Assembly (NCBI GenBank): GCA_964542785.1 | Contig: CAZIUK010000003.1 | Span: forward strand, 12,946 to 76,945 | From: an uncultured Planctomycetales bacterium | Lineage (GTDB): Bacteria; Omnitrophota; Gorgyraeia; Gygaellales; Profunditerraquicolaceae | Length of the DNA stretch: 64,000 bases | Reading direction: 5' to 3' | Shown: piece after piece, positions 19,325 to 29,259 of the stretch | How the letters are laid out: the number at the start of each line of letters is the position of its first letter | How positions within the stretch are numbered: position 1 is the first letter of the stretch | The notes under the pieces: generated by a model | Told to the model about the DNA's origin: nothing | The model's input: only the letters and a program-made list of their open reading frames with translations | Database searches by the model: none | Translations under genes and position numbers: made by a program

Positions 19325-19354
19325 TTGACAAGTAAATGTCTCTTGTGTTATTAT
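19325..19354 (+). promoter_or_regulatory. Sigma70-like promoter for nrdJ
   Basis: TTGACA (19325-19330), an 18-nt spacer and TATTAT (19349-19354) preceded by TGTG. Confidence 0.4.
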
Positions 19355-19403
19355 TGTCTATAAAAATAAAATGTCTTTTTAATTTTTCTAATAGGAGATT
19401 GTT

Positions 19404-22400
19404 ATGAAGCCAAAATTATCCGAAAATGCATTGAAAGTTTTAGAAAGAAGGTATTTGAAAAAAGATGAAGAGGGGAAAGTTGTAGAAACCCCGCAAGAGC
19501 TTTTTAGAAGAGTGGCCTCTGCAATTGCTTCGGCAGATAGGTTATACGGAAAAACAGAAAAAGAGATTAAGGTGTTAGAGGAAGAGTTTTACAATATGAT
19601 GGCTTCTTTGGAGTTTCTCCCTAATTCCCCTTGCCTTATGAACGCCGGTAAGGATTTAGGGCAACTATCTGCTTGTTTTGTCCTTCCGATAGAAGATTCC
19701 ATGGACTCTATATTTGAGAGTCTTAAAGCAACTGCTATGATCCATAAGTGCCTTGTCCCAGAAACTATTGTTATGGTTGATAGCGGTTTAAAGGAATTAA
19801 AAGATGTTTCTCCCGGAGAGAGGATACTTACCGAAGAGGGGTATTATAAGGTAAGCGAAATACATAAAAATGGAACCAAAGATATTTTTGAAGTAGTTAC
19901 TGAAAAAGGATATGCAATTAGAGGCACTGCTAAGCACCGCCTATTTATTATTGATGAAAATGGCAATTATGCATGGAAAAAGATAAAAGATTTAAGCCCG
20001 GATGATTGGGTGGTTTTAAAGCCCGCTAAGTGGCATGGTAGAGAAGTAGTAAAGCTTTCTAATTTTAAGTATGATTATCATCCGGTTAATAACGGGTCTT
20101 TTAACTTAAAGAGGGTAAAGATTCCAAGCTTCCTCTCTGTGCAATTGGCAGAATTATGGGGGATGTATATAGGCGATGGCTCTAACCATCGCGACGGAAT
20201 CAGGTTTAGCGTTGGAGAAGAGAGCCGGGAGCTTGTTGATTACATCTCTAAAATCTCCTTAGAACTATTTAACAAAAAACCAAGTGTGAGTAGATATGAA
20301 AAGAAGAGTTGTTATGAGGTAGCTCTTCTTAGCGTTGAACTTAAAGAATGGTTTGCGTCTTTAGGCATAACCAAAGCCTCAGCGCGTAGCGCAAGGATCC
20401 CTAAGATTCTTAAAAACGCGGGAGAAGATTATATATGTGGTTTTTTAAGAGGGCTTTTTTCTACGGATGGCTGTATAAGGAAGAGCGGGCATATTGCTTT
20501 AAGTACTACATCAAGCGCTTTGGCAGAAGAATTACAGGTCATTATGCTTTATTTAGGGATACCTACGCAAAAAACATACCGTCCGGATACAGATAGTTAT
20601 CAAGTCTCAGTTTGTAATAAGTCAGGATTTGCTATTTTTAGGGATAAGATAGGATTTTTAATCCGCGCTAAGCAAGAAAGGTTAAGTTCCGTTAATATTG
20701 AGGAGATTTTTACTAAAGGGCAGATAATCCCGAACCAGAAGAATCGTTTAAGTTCTTGGTATAATAGCTTGGAAGATATCTTAGAAAGAAGAAGGGCGGC
20801 AGATTTTATAGAAGGAATAATCCATAGGCCATCCGGCTTTCGCCAGTTAACCCGGCAGAAGGCATTGCTTATGCAAGAAGATGGCTTAGGCCCCGAATTC
20901 CTTAAGCAGTTTTTACAGGATAACTTATTCTATACGAAAATAAGCAGTATAAAACATTGCGGCAAGAGCGTAGTGTATGACTTAACTGTTCCTTATAAAC
21001 ATTCTTATGTGGCGAATGGTTTTGTTAGCCATAATTCTGGTGGAGGGACGGGTTTTTCCTTTTCGCGCCTTCGGTCGAAAAATGCGGTAGTTAAGACTAC
21101 TGGGGGTGTTGCCTCGGGGCCTATATCTTTTATGCGCGTTTATGATGCGGCGACCGAAGCGGTAAAACAAGGCGGGACAAGGCGTGGCGCTAACATGGGC
21201 ATATTAAGGGTAGACCACCCGGATGTCTTAGAGTTTATTACCTGTAAAGATAATAATAAGCAGATTAATAATTTCAATATCTCTATCGCCTTAACCGATG
21301 AATTTATGCGCAAGTTAGAAAAGAATGAGGATTATGATTTGATAGATCCCCATACTCAAAAGGTAGTAGAGAAGGTTAACTCTAAGGAGGTATTTGACTT
21401 AATAGTAAAGCAGGCGCATAAGAACGGAGAGCCTGGGGTGATCTTTATTGACAGGATGAATGAATTTAATCCTACCCCTAAATTAGGCAAGTATGAGTCT
21501 ACTAATCCTTGCGGGGAGCAGGTCTTACTTCCTTATGAGAGTTGTGATTTAGGTTCAATAAACCTTTCTTTGATTTGCAAGCAAAGAGACGGGCTTTATG
21601 AGATTGATTGGAATAGGTTAAAAGAGGTGACGCATTTAGCTGTGTATTTTTTAGATAATCTAATTGACGAGAATAAGTTTCCTCTTTTGCAAATTGAAAA
21701 GGCGACAAAAGCGACCCGCAAGGTTGGGTTAGGGGTTATGGGTTGGGCTTCTCTGCTTATACGTTTGAATATACCTTATAATAGCGACGAGGCGGTTGCC
21801 TTGGCTGAGAAGGTTATGTCTTTTATTTTAGATGAAGCGGTTAAAAAATCTTTAGAGTTAGGCAAGGCAAAGGGTGCCTTTCCTGCATTTAAAGGAAGTA
21901 TCTATGATAAGAAGAACGCAACGGCTAAGATGCGCAATGCCACTCTTACTACGATAGCTCCGACAGGGACAATTAGTATTATTGCCGGTCCGTGCTCTTC
22001 TGGGATTGAGCCGTTGTTTGCGATATCTTATTACCGTAATGTAATGGACAATGATAAGTTAGTAGAGGTTGATCCTTTATTTGAAGAGGTGGCGCGTTTG
22101 CGCGGTTTTTATAGCCGTGAATTGATGGAGAAGATTGCTAAGAGCGGTTCCCTTGCGCATATTGAAGAGGTGCCTGAGGATGTAAAAAAGATTTTTGTTA
22201 CTGCCCACGATATATCTCCTGAATGGCATGTGCGTATGCAGGCGGCATTTCAGAGGTTTGTACATAATGCTACTTCAAAGACAATAAACTTTCCAGAGGA
22301 GGCTTCTATCGAAGATGTCCGTGAGGCCTATCTTTTAGCTTATGATTTAGGGTGTAAGGGGATAACTGTTTATCGCGATAAGAGCCGAGAGGAACAGGTC

Positions 22401-23003
22401 TTAAATATTGGTAGCTCTAAAGAAGACAAGAGCATAAAGACAGATACCTTTAAGCAGGATTTTAAGAAAGAGATTGCGCCTAGGCCTCGACCGGAGGTAA
22501 TTTTTGGCACAACGACAAAGGTCCCAACCGGCTGCGGGAATCTTTACGTTACTATAAATGTTGACGAAAAAGGAGAGCCATTTGAATTGTTTACTCAAAT
22601 GGGTAAAGCCGGGGGGTGCGCTGCTTCCCAACTTGAAGCCATAGGCAGATTAGTCTCTTTAGGTTTTCGTACAGGAGTAGAGGTCAAATCTATTATTGAA
22701 CAGCTTAGGAATATCCGCTGTCCGTCTCCTTCTTGGGAGAAAGGGCAACGTATATTTTCTTGTGCTGATGCTATTGCCAGAGTAATAGAGAGAAGGTTGG
22801 TAAATACGCAAACCTCAAAAGAAGGGCTTGAAGTAGCTCCAATAGCGATGAAGCACTCTTCTGATGATGAGCAAGTAGTAACTGAGATTAATAATAGCAC
22901 TAGCCGCGGGGATATTGTTGGAGTATGCCCTGATTGCGGGGGAGCTCTTCGCCATGAAGAAGGGTGTATGAAGTGTTATGCCTGCGGGTTTTCTAAGTGT
23001 TGA
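19404..23003 (+). CDS. nrdJ: Adenosylcobalamin-dependent (class II) ribonucleotide reductase, intein-containing precursor
   Basis: 1199 aa. Extein motifs are LPNSPCLMNAG, SGGGTGFSFSRLR, the thiyl-Cys context TNPCGEQ, and TIAPTGT. There is a C-terminal Cys4 ribbon (CPDCGG...CMKCYACG). Confidence 0.9.
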   Translation: MKPKLSENALKVLERRYLKKDEEGKVVETPQELFRRVASAIASADRLYGKTEKEIKVLEEEFYNMMASLEFLPNSPCLMNAGKDLGQLSACFVLPIEDSMDSIFESLKATAMIHKCLVPETIVMVDSGLKELKDVSPGERILTEEGYYKVSEIHKNGTKDIFEVVTEKGYAIRGTAKHRLFIIDENGNYAWKKIKDLSPDDWVVLKPAKWHGREVVKLSNFKYDYHPVNNGSFNLKRVKIPSFLSVQLAELWGMYIGDGSNHRDGIRFSVGEESRELVDYISKISLELFNKKPSVSRYEKKSCYEVALLSVELKEWFASLGITKASARSARIPKILKNAGEDYICGFLRGLFSTDGCIRKSGHIALSTTSSALAEELQVIMLYLGIPTQKTYRPDTDSYQVSVCNKSGFAIFRDKIGFLIRAKQERLSSVNIEEIFTKGQIIPNQKNRLSSWYNSLEDILERRRAADFIEGIIHRPSGFRQLTRQKALLMQEDGLGPEFLKQFLQDNLFYTKISSIKHCGKSVVYDLTVPYKHSYVANGFVSHNSGGGTGFSFSRLRSKNAVVKTTGGVASGPISFMRVYDAATEAVKQGGTRRGANMGILRVDHPDVLEFITCKDNNKQINNFNISIALTDEFMRKLEKNEDYDLIDPHTQKVVEKVNSKEVFDLIVKQAHKNGEPGVIFIDRMNEFNPTPKLGKYESTNPCGEQVLLPYESCDLGSINLSLICKQRDGLYEIDWNRLKEVTHLAVYFLDNLIDENKFPLLQIEKATKATRKVGLGVMGWASLLIRLNIPYNSDEAVALAEKVMSFILDEAVKKSLELGKAKGAFPAFKGSIYDKKNATAKMRNATLTTIAPTGTISIIAGPCSSGIEPLFAISYYRNVMDNDKLVEVDPLFEEVARLRGFYSRELMEKIAKSGSLAHIEEVPEDVKKIFVTAHDISPEWHVRMQAAFQRFVHNATSKTINFPEEASIEDVREAYLLAYDLGCKGITVYRDKSREEQVLNIGSSKEDKSIKTDTFKQDFKKEIAPRPRPEVIFGTTTKVPTGCGNLYVTINVDEKGEPFELFTQMGKAGGCAASQLEAIGRLVSLGFRTGVEVKSIIEQLRNIRCPSPSWEKGQRIFSCADAIARVIERRLVNTQTSKEGLEVAPIAMKHSSDDEQVVTEINNSTSRGDIVGVCPDCGGALRHEEGCMKCYACGFSKC
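19749..21035 (+). mobile_element. Intein (429 aa) with a LAGLIDADG homing endonuclease, inserted before the GGGTG motif of NrdJ
   Basis: It starts at Cys (CLVPETIVMVD), has block B TAKHRLF, and ends ...FVSHN with Ser as the +1 residue (SGGGTG). The two LAGLIDADG motifs are LWGMYIGDGS and FLRGLFSTDGC. The 1287-nt length is in frame. Confidence 0.85.
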
Positions 23004-23058
23004 TTTAGTTATTCGATTATTTTGTTTATCAGTTTGATAGTTAAATAAGGGGATTAAG

Positions 23059-24342
23059 ATGAAAAAAATTCTTTATGTAGTGCTTGATGGTTTAGGGGAT
23101 TTGCCGATAAAAGAGTTGGGAGGAAAGACCCCGCTTGAAGCGGCAGTTACTCCTAATATGGATAGGTTAGCGCAGTCAGGCAGAACAGGGATAGTTTATC
23201 CCGTAGGAAAAGGTATTGCCCCGGAGTCGGATGTAGCGGTAATCAGCCTATTAGGGTATGACGCGCATAAGTATTATACCGGACGCGGGCCATTAGAGTC
23301 TTTTGCCGAAGGTTTGAATATAAATGATGGGGATGTTGCTTTTAGAGTTAATTTTGCTACGGTAGGCGATGACCTAAAGACTATAAAAGACCGCCGCGTG
23401 GGGAGAAACCTCTCTACAGAAGAAGCCGCTGCTTTAGCTAAGGAGATAAATGCAAAGGTTACTTTGTCTAGCGCTACATTTGAGTTTAAGAGTACTATTG
23501 GACACCGCGGGATATTAGTGATAAGAGGGATGCATCAGAAGTTATCAGGTTGGATTACTAATACAGACCCTGCTTATGGCCGTTACGGAGTATTTGGCGT
23601 AGCCTTAGATGAGTTTGAAAATAGGGTAGCGGTATCTGTACCTATACAAGGACATGAGGAGGACTTAAGCGCTAAAGAGTCTTCTAAGCTTTTAAATGAA
23701 TTTACTGAAAAATCTATAAAGGTATTAAATGAATCAGCAATAAACAAGAAGAGGATTAGTGAAGGAAAGTTGCCGGGAAATTTAATCCTCTCGCGTGACG
23801 CAGGGGATCGGTTGCCTAAATTTCCTTCTATTTTAAGCATATTTAATTTAAAGTTTGGTTCTTTTGTGCAGATGCCTGTTGAGAAGGGAATAGCACTTTT
23901 AACGGGGATAGATGTTATTGAAGTTCCTCAATCAAGCGGCCATTTAGATGTGGATTATCCTATTTGGGCAAAGATAGCGTTAGATTCTATGCAAAAGTAT
24001 GACGGAATTTATGTGCATTTAAAAGGCCCTGATGAGCCTGCGCACGATGGAGATTTCTTGAATAAAAAAGAGAGTATAGAGGCAATAGACAAACATTTCT
24101 TCTCAAGTCTCTTACCTAAATTGGATATCGCTAATACTATTGTTGCTATAACCGCAGATCACTCTACTGCCTGCGCAATCAAAGCGCATACTGCAGATCC
24201 TGTTCCGCTATTAATATGCGGGGGGAATATTAGGCCTGATGGCTCAATGAGTTTTTCAGAGCGGGCAGCAGCCTTAGGCTCAATCGGAGAACTTTTAGGT
24301 AATCAGATACTGCCGTATTTAGTGGATTTATCTAAAGAGTAA
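23059..24342 (+). CDS. apgM: Cofactor-independent phosphoglycerate mutase, archaeal type
   Basis: 427 aa with VLDGLGD at the N-terminus and ITADHSTACAIKAHTADPVPLLI near the C-terminus. Confidence 0.8.
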   Translation: MKKILYVVLDGLGDLPIKELGGKTPLEAAVTPNMDRLAQSGRTGIVYPVGKGIAPESDVAVISLLGYDAHKYYTGRGPLESFAEGLNINDGDVAFRVNFATVGDDLKTIKDRRVGRNLSTEEAAALAKEINAKVTLSSATFEFKSTIGHRGILVIRGMHQKLSGWITNTDPAYGRYGVFGVALDEFENRVAVSVPIQGHEEDLSAKESSKLLNEFTEKSIKVLNESAINKKRISEGKLPGNLILSRDAGDRLPKFPSILSIFNLKFGSFVQMPVEKGIALLTGIDVIEVPQSSGHLDVDYPIWAKIALDSMQKYDGIYVHLKGPDEPAHDGDFLNKKESIEAIDKHFFSSLLPKLDIANTIVAITADHSTACAIKAHTADPVPLLICGGNIRPDGSMSFSERAAALGSIGELLGNQILPYLVDLSKE

Positions 24343-24363
24343 GGCATTGGTTTTATCTCTTAT

Positions 24364-24394
24364 GGGGCCGGAGTTATATCCGGCCCCTTTATTT
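24364..24394 (+). terminator. Rho-independent terminator after apgM
   Basis: GGGGCCGG-agttatat-CCGGCCCC followed by TTTATTT. Confidence 0.8.
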
Positions 24395-24426
24395 ATATAA
24401 TTATTTTAGGATTAGGTTTTTTAGCG

Positions 24427-26262
24427 ATGGAGAATTACGAGATTATAGTAATAGGTGCAGGGCATGCCGGGATAGAGGCTGGTTTGGCAGCTTCGCGGAT
24501 GGGGCGTAAGACAGCGATAGTTACCTTTAGAAAAGAGACCATTGGGCTTATGAGTTGTAATCCGGCGATTGGAGGAGTAGGCAAGGGGCAATTAGTCCGT
24601 GAAATAGATGCTTTAGGGGGAGAGATGGCTCATGCTATAGATTTTAGCGGGATACAGTTTCGCACTCTCAATGCTTCTAAAGGAGCGGCAGTTCATTCAT
24701 CCCGGGCTCAGGCAGACCGAAAGATTTATCAAAGATATATGCAAAAGAGGGTAACAAGTCAAAAAAATCTTACTCTTATAGAAAAGGAAACGACAGGTAT
24801 TATTAAGGAAGATAGGGCAGTTGGAGTTAGATGTGGTAAAGAGGTAATCCTCGCAAAAAAAATTATTCTTGCTGCGGGGACTTTTTTAAACGGAGTAATA
24901 CGTATTGGCTTAGATAAGTATAAAGGAGGCAGGGTTAATGAGCCTGTTAGTCAGAGATTGCCTTTAAGTTTAAAAAGTGCCGGGCTTAAAATGGGCCGGT
25001 TTAAGACTTGCACTACAATGTGCCTTGACAAAAGGACGATTGATTTTTCTAAGATGGCGCCCCAATTTGCAGATAGCAGGATAAGGCCTTTTTCTTCTGC
25101 TACCAAGAAGATAAATTTAAAACAAAAACCATGTTACTTAACTTATACTAATGATAAGACGCATAAGATAATCGCTTCCTCTTTAAAGGATAAAGAGTTT
25201 TTAGCTATCCTTAAAGAGGGGGTAAACCCGCGTTACTGTCCTTCTATAGAAGATAAGATCATGCGTTTTCCTGATAGAGAGAGGCACCAGGTATTCTTAG
25301 AGCCCGAAGGCATAGATACTGATGAGTATTATTGTAACGGGCTGTTTACTTTTCTGCCGAAAAATACACAAGAGGCTATAATCCGCTCTATTGTGGGGTT
25401 AGAAAAAGCCAAGATAACTAAGTTTGGTTATGGTATAGAGTATGATTACTTTGACCCGACTCAACTTTTTCCTACTTTAGAGGTAAAAAAAATTAGAAAC
25501 TTATATCTTGCTGGACAGATTAATGGCACAACCGGGTATGAGGAAGCTGGAGCGCAAGGGTTGATTGCCGGGATTAATGCGGCTTTAAGCATAAGCAAAA
25601 AAGAACCGTTAATACTTAACCGCGCTTTAAGTTATATCGGCGTCTTAATTGACGACCTTGTTACTAAGGGGGTTGAGGAGCCGTATCGTATGTTTACCTC
25701 GCGGGCAGAATACCGGCTTATATTAAGAGAGGATAATGCGGATATACGCTTAAGCAAAATAGGTTATGACTTAGGGTTAGTTAAAGATTGTCTTTATAAA
25801 AAGTCTTTAGTTAAGGCTGAAGAGATTAAAAAGGGGATACTTTTTTTAAGGGATACTCGGGTTAAATCTTTTAAAGCAGAGAGATTAAAAAAAGAGGCAA
25901 CGCTTGAAAGTTTATTAAAAAGGCCCGGTGTAGGGCTGGATGACTTTAAGGAGTATAACTATAAAGAGCTTAAAGGTGTAGAGGTTGATGTGTCTAAGGG
26001 CATAGAGATTGAGGTAAAGTATAGCGGGTTCATAAGCAGGCAGATAAAAGATGTTGAGAGGTTTATGCATCTTGAGAAGATAAAAATTCCTAATAGTATA
26101 GTTTATACTGATATTCCGGGGTTATCCAACGAGGCAAAGGAAAAATTAAGCAGGCTTAGACCTTTGACCCTTGGCCAGGCATCACGTATATCAGGGGTAA
26201 CTTTGGCGGCTATTTCAATATTGATGATCTATCTTAAGAAAGAGCGTTTAGGGGTAGTATAA
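24427..26262 (+). CDS. mnmG: tRNA uridine 5-carboxymethylaminomethyl modification enzyme MnmG (GidA)
   Basis: 611 aa. It has the FAD fingerprint VIGAGHAGIEAG, plus SCNPAIGGVGKGQLVREIDALGG and GQINGTTGYEEAGAQG. Confidence 0.92.
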   Translation: MENYEIIVIGAGHAGIEAGLAASRMGRKTAIVTFRKETIGLMSCNPAIGGVGKGQLVREIDALGGEMAHAIDFSGIQFRTLNASKGAAVHSSRAQADRKIYQRYMQKRVTSQKNLTLIEKETTGIIKEDRAVGVRCGKEVILAKKIILAAGTFLNGVIRIGLDKYKGGRVNEPVSQRLPLSLKSAGLKMGRFKTCTTMCLDKRTIDFSKMAPQFADSRIRPFSSATKKINLKQKPCYLTYTNDKTHKIIASSLKDKEFLAILKEGVNPRYCPSIEDKIMRFPDRERHQVFLEPEGIDTDEYYCNGLFTFLPKNTQEAIIRSIVGLEKAKITKFGYGIEYDYFDPTQLFPTLEVKKIRNLYLAGQINGTTGYEEAGAQGLIAGINAALSISKKEPLILNRALSYIGVLIDDLVTKGVEEPYRMFTSRAEYRLILREDNADIRLSKIGYDLGLVKDCLYKKSLVKAEEIKKGILFLRDTRVKSFKAERLKKEATLESLLKRPGVGLDDFKEYNYKELKGVEVDVSKGIEIEVKYSGFISRQIKDVERFMHLEKIKIPNSIVYTDIPGLSNEAKEKLSRLRPLTLGQASRISGVTLAAISILMIYLKKERLGVV

Positions 26263-26281
26263 TTTAAAGCAGAATATCTCC

Positions 26282-26310
26282 TTGACCCGGGATTTCCCCT
26301 AGTATATAAT
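26282..26310 (+). promoter_or_regulatory. Sigma70-like promoter immediately upstream of nadE
   Basis: TTGACC (26282-26287), a 17-nt spacer and TATAAT (26305-26310). The ATG lies 8 nt after the -10 element. Confidence 0.5.
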
Positions 26311-26318
26311 TCATTTTA

Positions 26319-27035
26319 ATGAAGAAGAAGATTGTAACTTGGATAAAAAAAAAGGTTAAGTCTGCAAGGGCTAGGGGGATTGTTTTAGGGTTATCCGGAG
26401 GGTTAGATTCAGCAGTTGTTGCCGAATTGTCTTTACAAGCAGTTGGGAGAGAGAATGTATTAGCTTTAATCTTACCTTGCAATAGCATAAGAGAGGATTT
26501 AAAGGATGCTAAGTTAGTTGTAAAGGCGCTTAAACTAAAGGCAAAAAATATAGACCTAACTAAGGTTTATGAGCTTTTTATAAAGCTTTTACCTTCGGCA
26601 GGCATCCTTGCTAAGGCTAATCTTAAACCTAGGCTGCGCATGACTGCGCTTTATTACTTTGCCAATAAGTTTAATTACCTTGTTTGCGGTACAAGCAATA
26701 AATCAGAGGTATCTATAGGGTATTTTACTAAGTTTGGGGATGGCGGGGCAGATATACTTCCTTTGGCGGGGTTGTTAAAATCTCAAGTAAGAGATTTGGC
26801 AAGAGAGCTAAATATCCCAAAGAGGATAATTTCTAAAGCTCCTAGTGCCGGACTTTGGAGGGGCCAAACTGATGAAGCAGAGCTAGGACTTACATACAAT
26901 GAGCTTGATGATATATTGATGCGGCTCGAGAAGGGGTTAAAGCAGTTGTCGTCTTTAGATAAGGTAAGAAAGGTAAAGAGTTTGATTTTACACTCTGCGC
27001 ATAAAAGAGGTAATGCGGCTGTTTTCCGTATTTAA
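26319..27035 (+). CDS. nadE: NH3-dependent NAD+ synthetase
   Basis: 238 aa with the PP-loop GLSGGLDSAV. No glutaminase domain is present. Confidence 0.85.
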   Translation: MKKKIVTWIKKKVKSARARGIVLGLSGGLDSAVVAELSLQAVGRENVLALILPCNSIREDLKDAKLVVKALKLKAKNIDLTKVYELFIKLLPSAGILAKANLKPRLRMTALYYFANKFNYLVCGTSNKSEVSIGYFTKFGDGGADILPLAGLLKSQVRDLARELNIPKRIISKAPSAGLWRGQTDEAELGLTYNELDDILMRLEKGLKQLSSLDKVRKVKSLILHSAHKRGNAAVFRI

Positions 27036-27050
27036 GCGAAAGGGGAAAAG

Positions 27051-27542
27051 ATGGATGAGATACTTAAGATATTAGAGAAAGATGCGCGCACAGCTCCTGA
27101 GGATATCGCTAAGATGCTTAAGAAAAAAAGGAGCCCTCAAGAGATAAGGGATAAGATTAAAAAGTATGAAAAAGACGGGGTGATTTTAAAATATAAGACA
27201 GTTTTGAATAAAGATTTAATTCGAAATAATGAATCATGTGTACGCGCTTTAATTGAGGTTAATGTCCTTCCGCAGAAAGATGTTGGTTTTGATAGGATAG
27301 CCGAGCGGATATATTCCTTTCCAGAGGTCTTAAGTTGTTATCTTATATCAGGCGCATACGACCTTCTTGTGATAGTGGAGGGTAAGAATATACATGCTGT
27401 ATCAAACTTTGTGGCAGAGAAACTTTCCTGCCTTGAGAATGTCCGCGAGACGACTACGCATTTTCTGCTTAAAAAATACAAAGAAGACGGAGTCGCCTTG
27501 AAGCGCAAAGAGGATAATAAAAGGATAGCTATCTCTTATTAA
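27051..27542 (+). CDS. Lrp/AsnC family transcriptional regulator
   Basis: 163 aa with an N-terminal HTH (ILKILEKDARTAPEDIAKML) and a RAM-like C-terminal domain. Confidence 0.7.
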   Translation: MDEILKILEKDARTAPEDIAKMLKKKRSPQEIRDKIKKYEKDGVILKYKTVLNKDLIRNNESCVRALIEVNVLPQKDVGFDRIAERIYSFPEVLSCYLISGAYDLLVIVEGKNIHAVSNFVAEKLSCLENVRETTTHFLLKKYKEDGVALKRKEDNKRIAISY

Positions 27543-27628
27543 TAAAATATTTTTTAGCTGCTATTTTTTTAAAAGGATTTTTATGCGAAAAGATAAGTTT
27601 TAGCAAGAAGCAATAATAAAGTAAAACA

Positions 27629-28789
27629 ATGAGAAATATCGTATCTAATAAAGTAGAGCAGATACAGCCTTCAGGCATCAGGGCTTTTTTTGATTTAGTC
27701 TTGGGAATGAAGGATGTTATATCATTAGGCGTAGGCGAGCCTGATTTTGTTACCCCTTGGGCGATACGTGAATCTGGGATAACTGCGCTTGAAGAGGGCT
27801 TTACTTCATATACTTCTAATAAAGGTTTATACAAGCTGCGCTTGGGTATAAGCCGTTATCTAAGGAGTAGATTCGGCATGGAGTATTCTGCGGATGAGGA
27901 GATTCTGGTTACTGTCGGGGTAAGTGAAGCTATGGATTTAGCTTTGCGTACGATTGTAAACCCTAATGACAAGATCCTAATACCTTCTCCTAACTATGTC
28001 TCTTACGGTCCGCTTGCGGAGTTAGCCTCAGGCATCCCCGTATATATAGATACGCAGAAGGATGGGTTTAAATTAACCGCCAAAAATCTAGAGAGGCATA
28101 TAGATGATAAGGTAAAAGGGATAATTTTTAATTACCCGTGTAATCCCACCGGAGTTTCTTACAAGAGAAAAGAGTTAAGCAGGATAAATGAGATTCTCTT
28201 AAAGAATAAGATTATATGTATATCGGATGAGATATACGGGGATTTAACTTATGATTTTGAGCATGTAGCCTTCCCCTCGTTGCCTAAGGCTAAAAAGAAT
28301 ACGATTTATCTTAATGGTTTCTCTAAGTCATACGCGATGACCGGCTGGAGGGTAGGTTTTGCCTGTGGGCCTAAAGATATTATCGCAGGAATGACCAAGA
28401 TACATCAATATACTATCATGTGTGTCCCTACAGTCTCTCAGATGGCAGCATCTGAAGCGTTGTATTCTGGGGAAAGGGAAGTTAGGGAGATGAAACGCGA
28501 GTATGCAAGAAGAAGGGAATTTATTATTGAAGGGTTAAATAAGTTAGGGCTTCTTTGCCATAAGCCGCAAGGAGCTTTTTATGCTTTCCCTAATATCAAA
28601 AAAACAGGGTTGACTGCTCTTGATTTTGCCCAGAGGCTTTTAAAGAAGAAGAGAGTTGCAGTGGTCCCGGGGACTGCCTTTGGCAGGGAATACAAAGACT
28701 ACCTTCGTATATCCTATGCTTCAAGTTTAGATAATCTTAAAGAAGCTTTAAAAAGGATCGGCGATTTTTTAATTAGCGGGGGTATCTAA
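27629..28789 (+). CDS. Class I/II PLP-dependent aminotransferase (aspartate aminotransferase-like)
   Basis: 386 aa with NGFSKSYAMTGWRVG, which contains the PLP-binding Lys. Confidence 0.85.
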   Translation: MRNIVSNKVEQIQPSGIRAFFDLVLGMKDVISLGVGEPDFVTPWAIRESGITALEEGFTSYTSNKGLYKLRLGISRYLRSRFGMEYSADEEILVTVGVSEAMDLALRTIVNPNDKILIPSPNYVSYGPLAELASGIPVYIDTQKDGFKLTAKNLERHIDDKVKGIIFNYPCNPTGVSYKRKELSRINEILLKNKIICISDEIYGDLTYDFEHVAFPSLPKAKKNTIYLNGFSKSYAMTGWRVGFACGPKDIIAGMTKIHQYTIMCVPTVSQMAASEALYSGEREVREMKREYARRREFIIEGLNKLGLLCHKPQGAFYAFPNIKKTGLTALDFAQRLLKKKRVAVVPGTAFGREYKDYLRISYASSLDNLKEALKRIGDFLISGGI

Positions 28790-28822
28790 AAAAAGGTTTA
28801 CGGAATAGAAGAGGAGATAAAG

Positions 28823-29209
28823 ATGGTAAAAAGACGTATTTTTATTGCAGATGACGAGCCGGAGGTCCTCTTTTTGCTAAAAGATTTTCTTACTGCTAAT
28901 AATTTTGATGTTAAAGTTTGCAAGGTATCTAAAAATGTTGTGCGCTTAATTCGTTCTTTTAAGCCCCATTTAATTCTCTTAGATTTATTGATGCCTGATC
29001 TAGGCGGTTTTGAGGTGTGTGAAATTTTAAATCACGATTCTTGTACTTGCGGGATACCGATAATTATTATTTCCGGGTTAGGCGACCCAAAGGATATTAA
29101 AAAAGCCTATAAATTGGGCATAGTGGGTTATCTGGTTAAGCCATTTTCTTTAGAGAGTATGCTTAAAAAAATTAATCAGGCCATTGCTAATAAGGAGAAA
29201 GTCTTTTAG
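28823..29209 (+). CDS. Single-domain response regulator (CheY-like receiver)
   Basis: 128 aa. The canonical residues are present: ADDEP, LILLDLLMP, IIIISG and LVKPF. Confidence 0.85.
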   Translation: MVKRRIFIADDEPEVLFLLKDFLTANNFDVKVCKVSKNVVRLIRSFKPHLILLDLLMPDLGGFEVCEILNHDSCTCGIPIIIISGLGDPKDIKKAYKLGIVGYLVKPFSLESMLKKINQAIANKEKVF

Positions 29210-29259
29210 CCTTTTTTTCCTTCACGACGGTAGATTTAAATAAAAATTAAAAATACTTC

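Noticed and set aside
19262-19403. Cobalamin riboswitch upstream of the B12-dependent nrdJ.
   Set aside because: The 142-nt leader is very AT-rich, has no GC-rich paired elements or B12-box-like sequence that I can see, and is too short for a typical cobalamin riboswitch.
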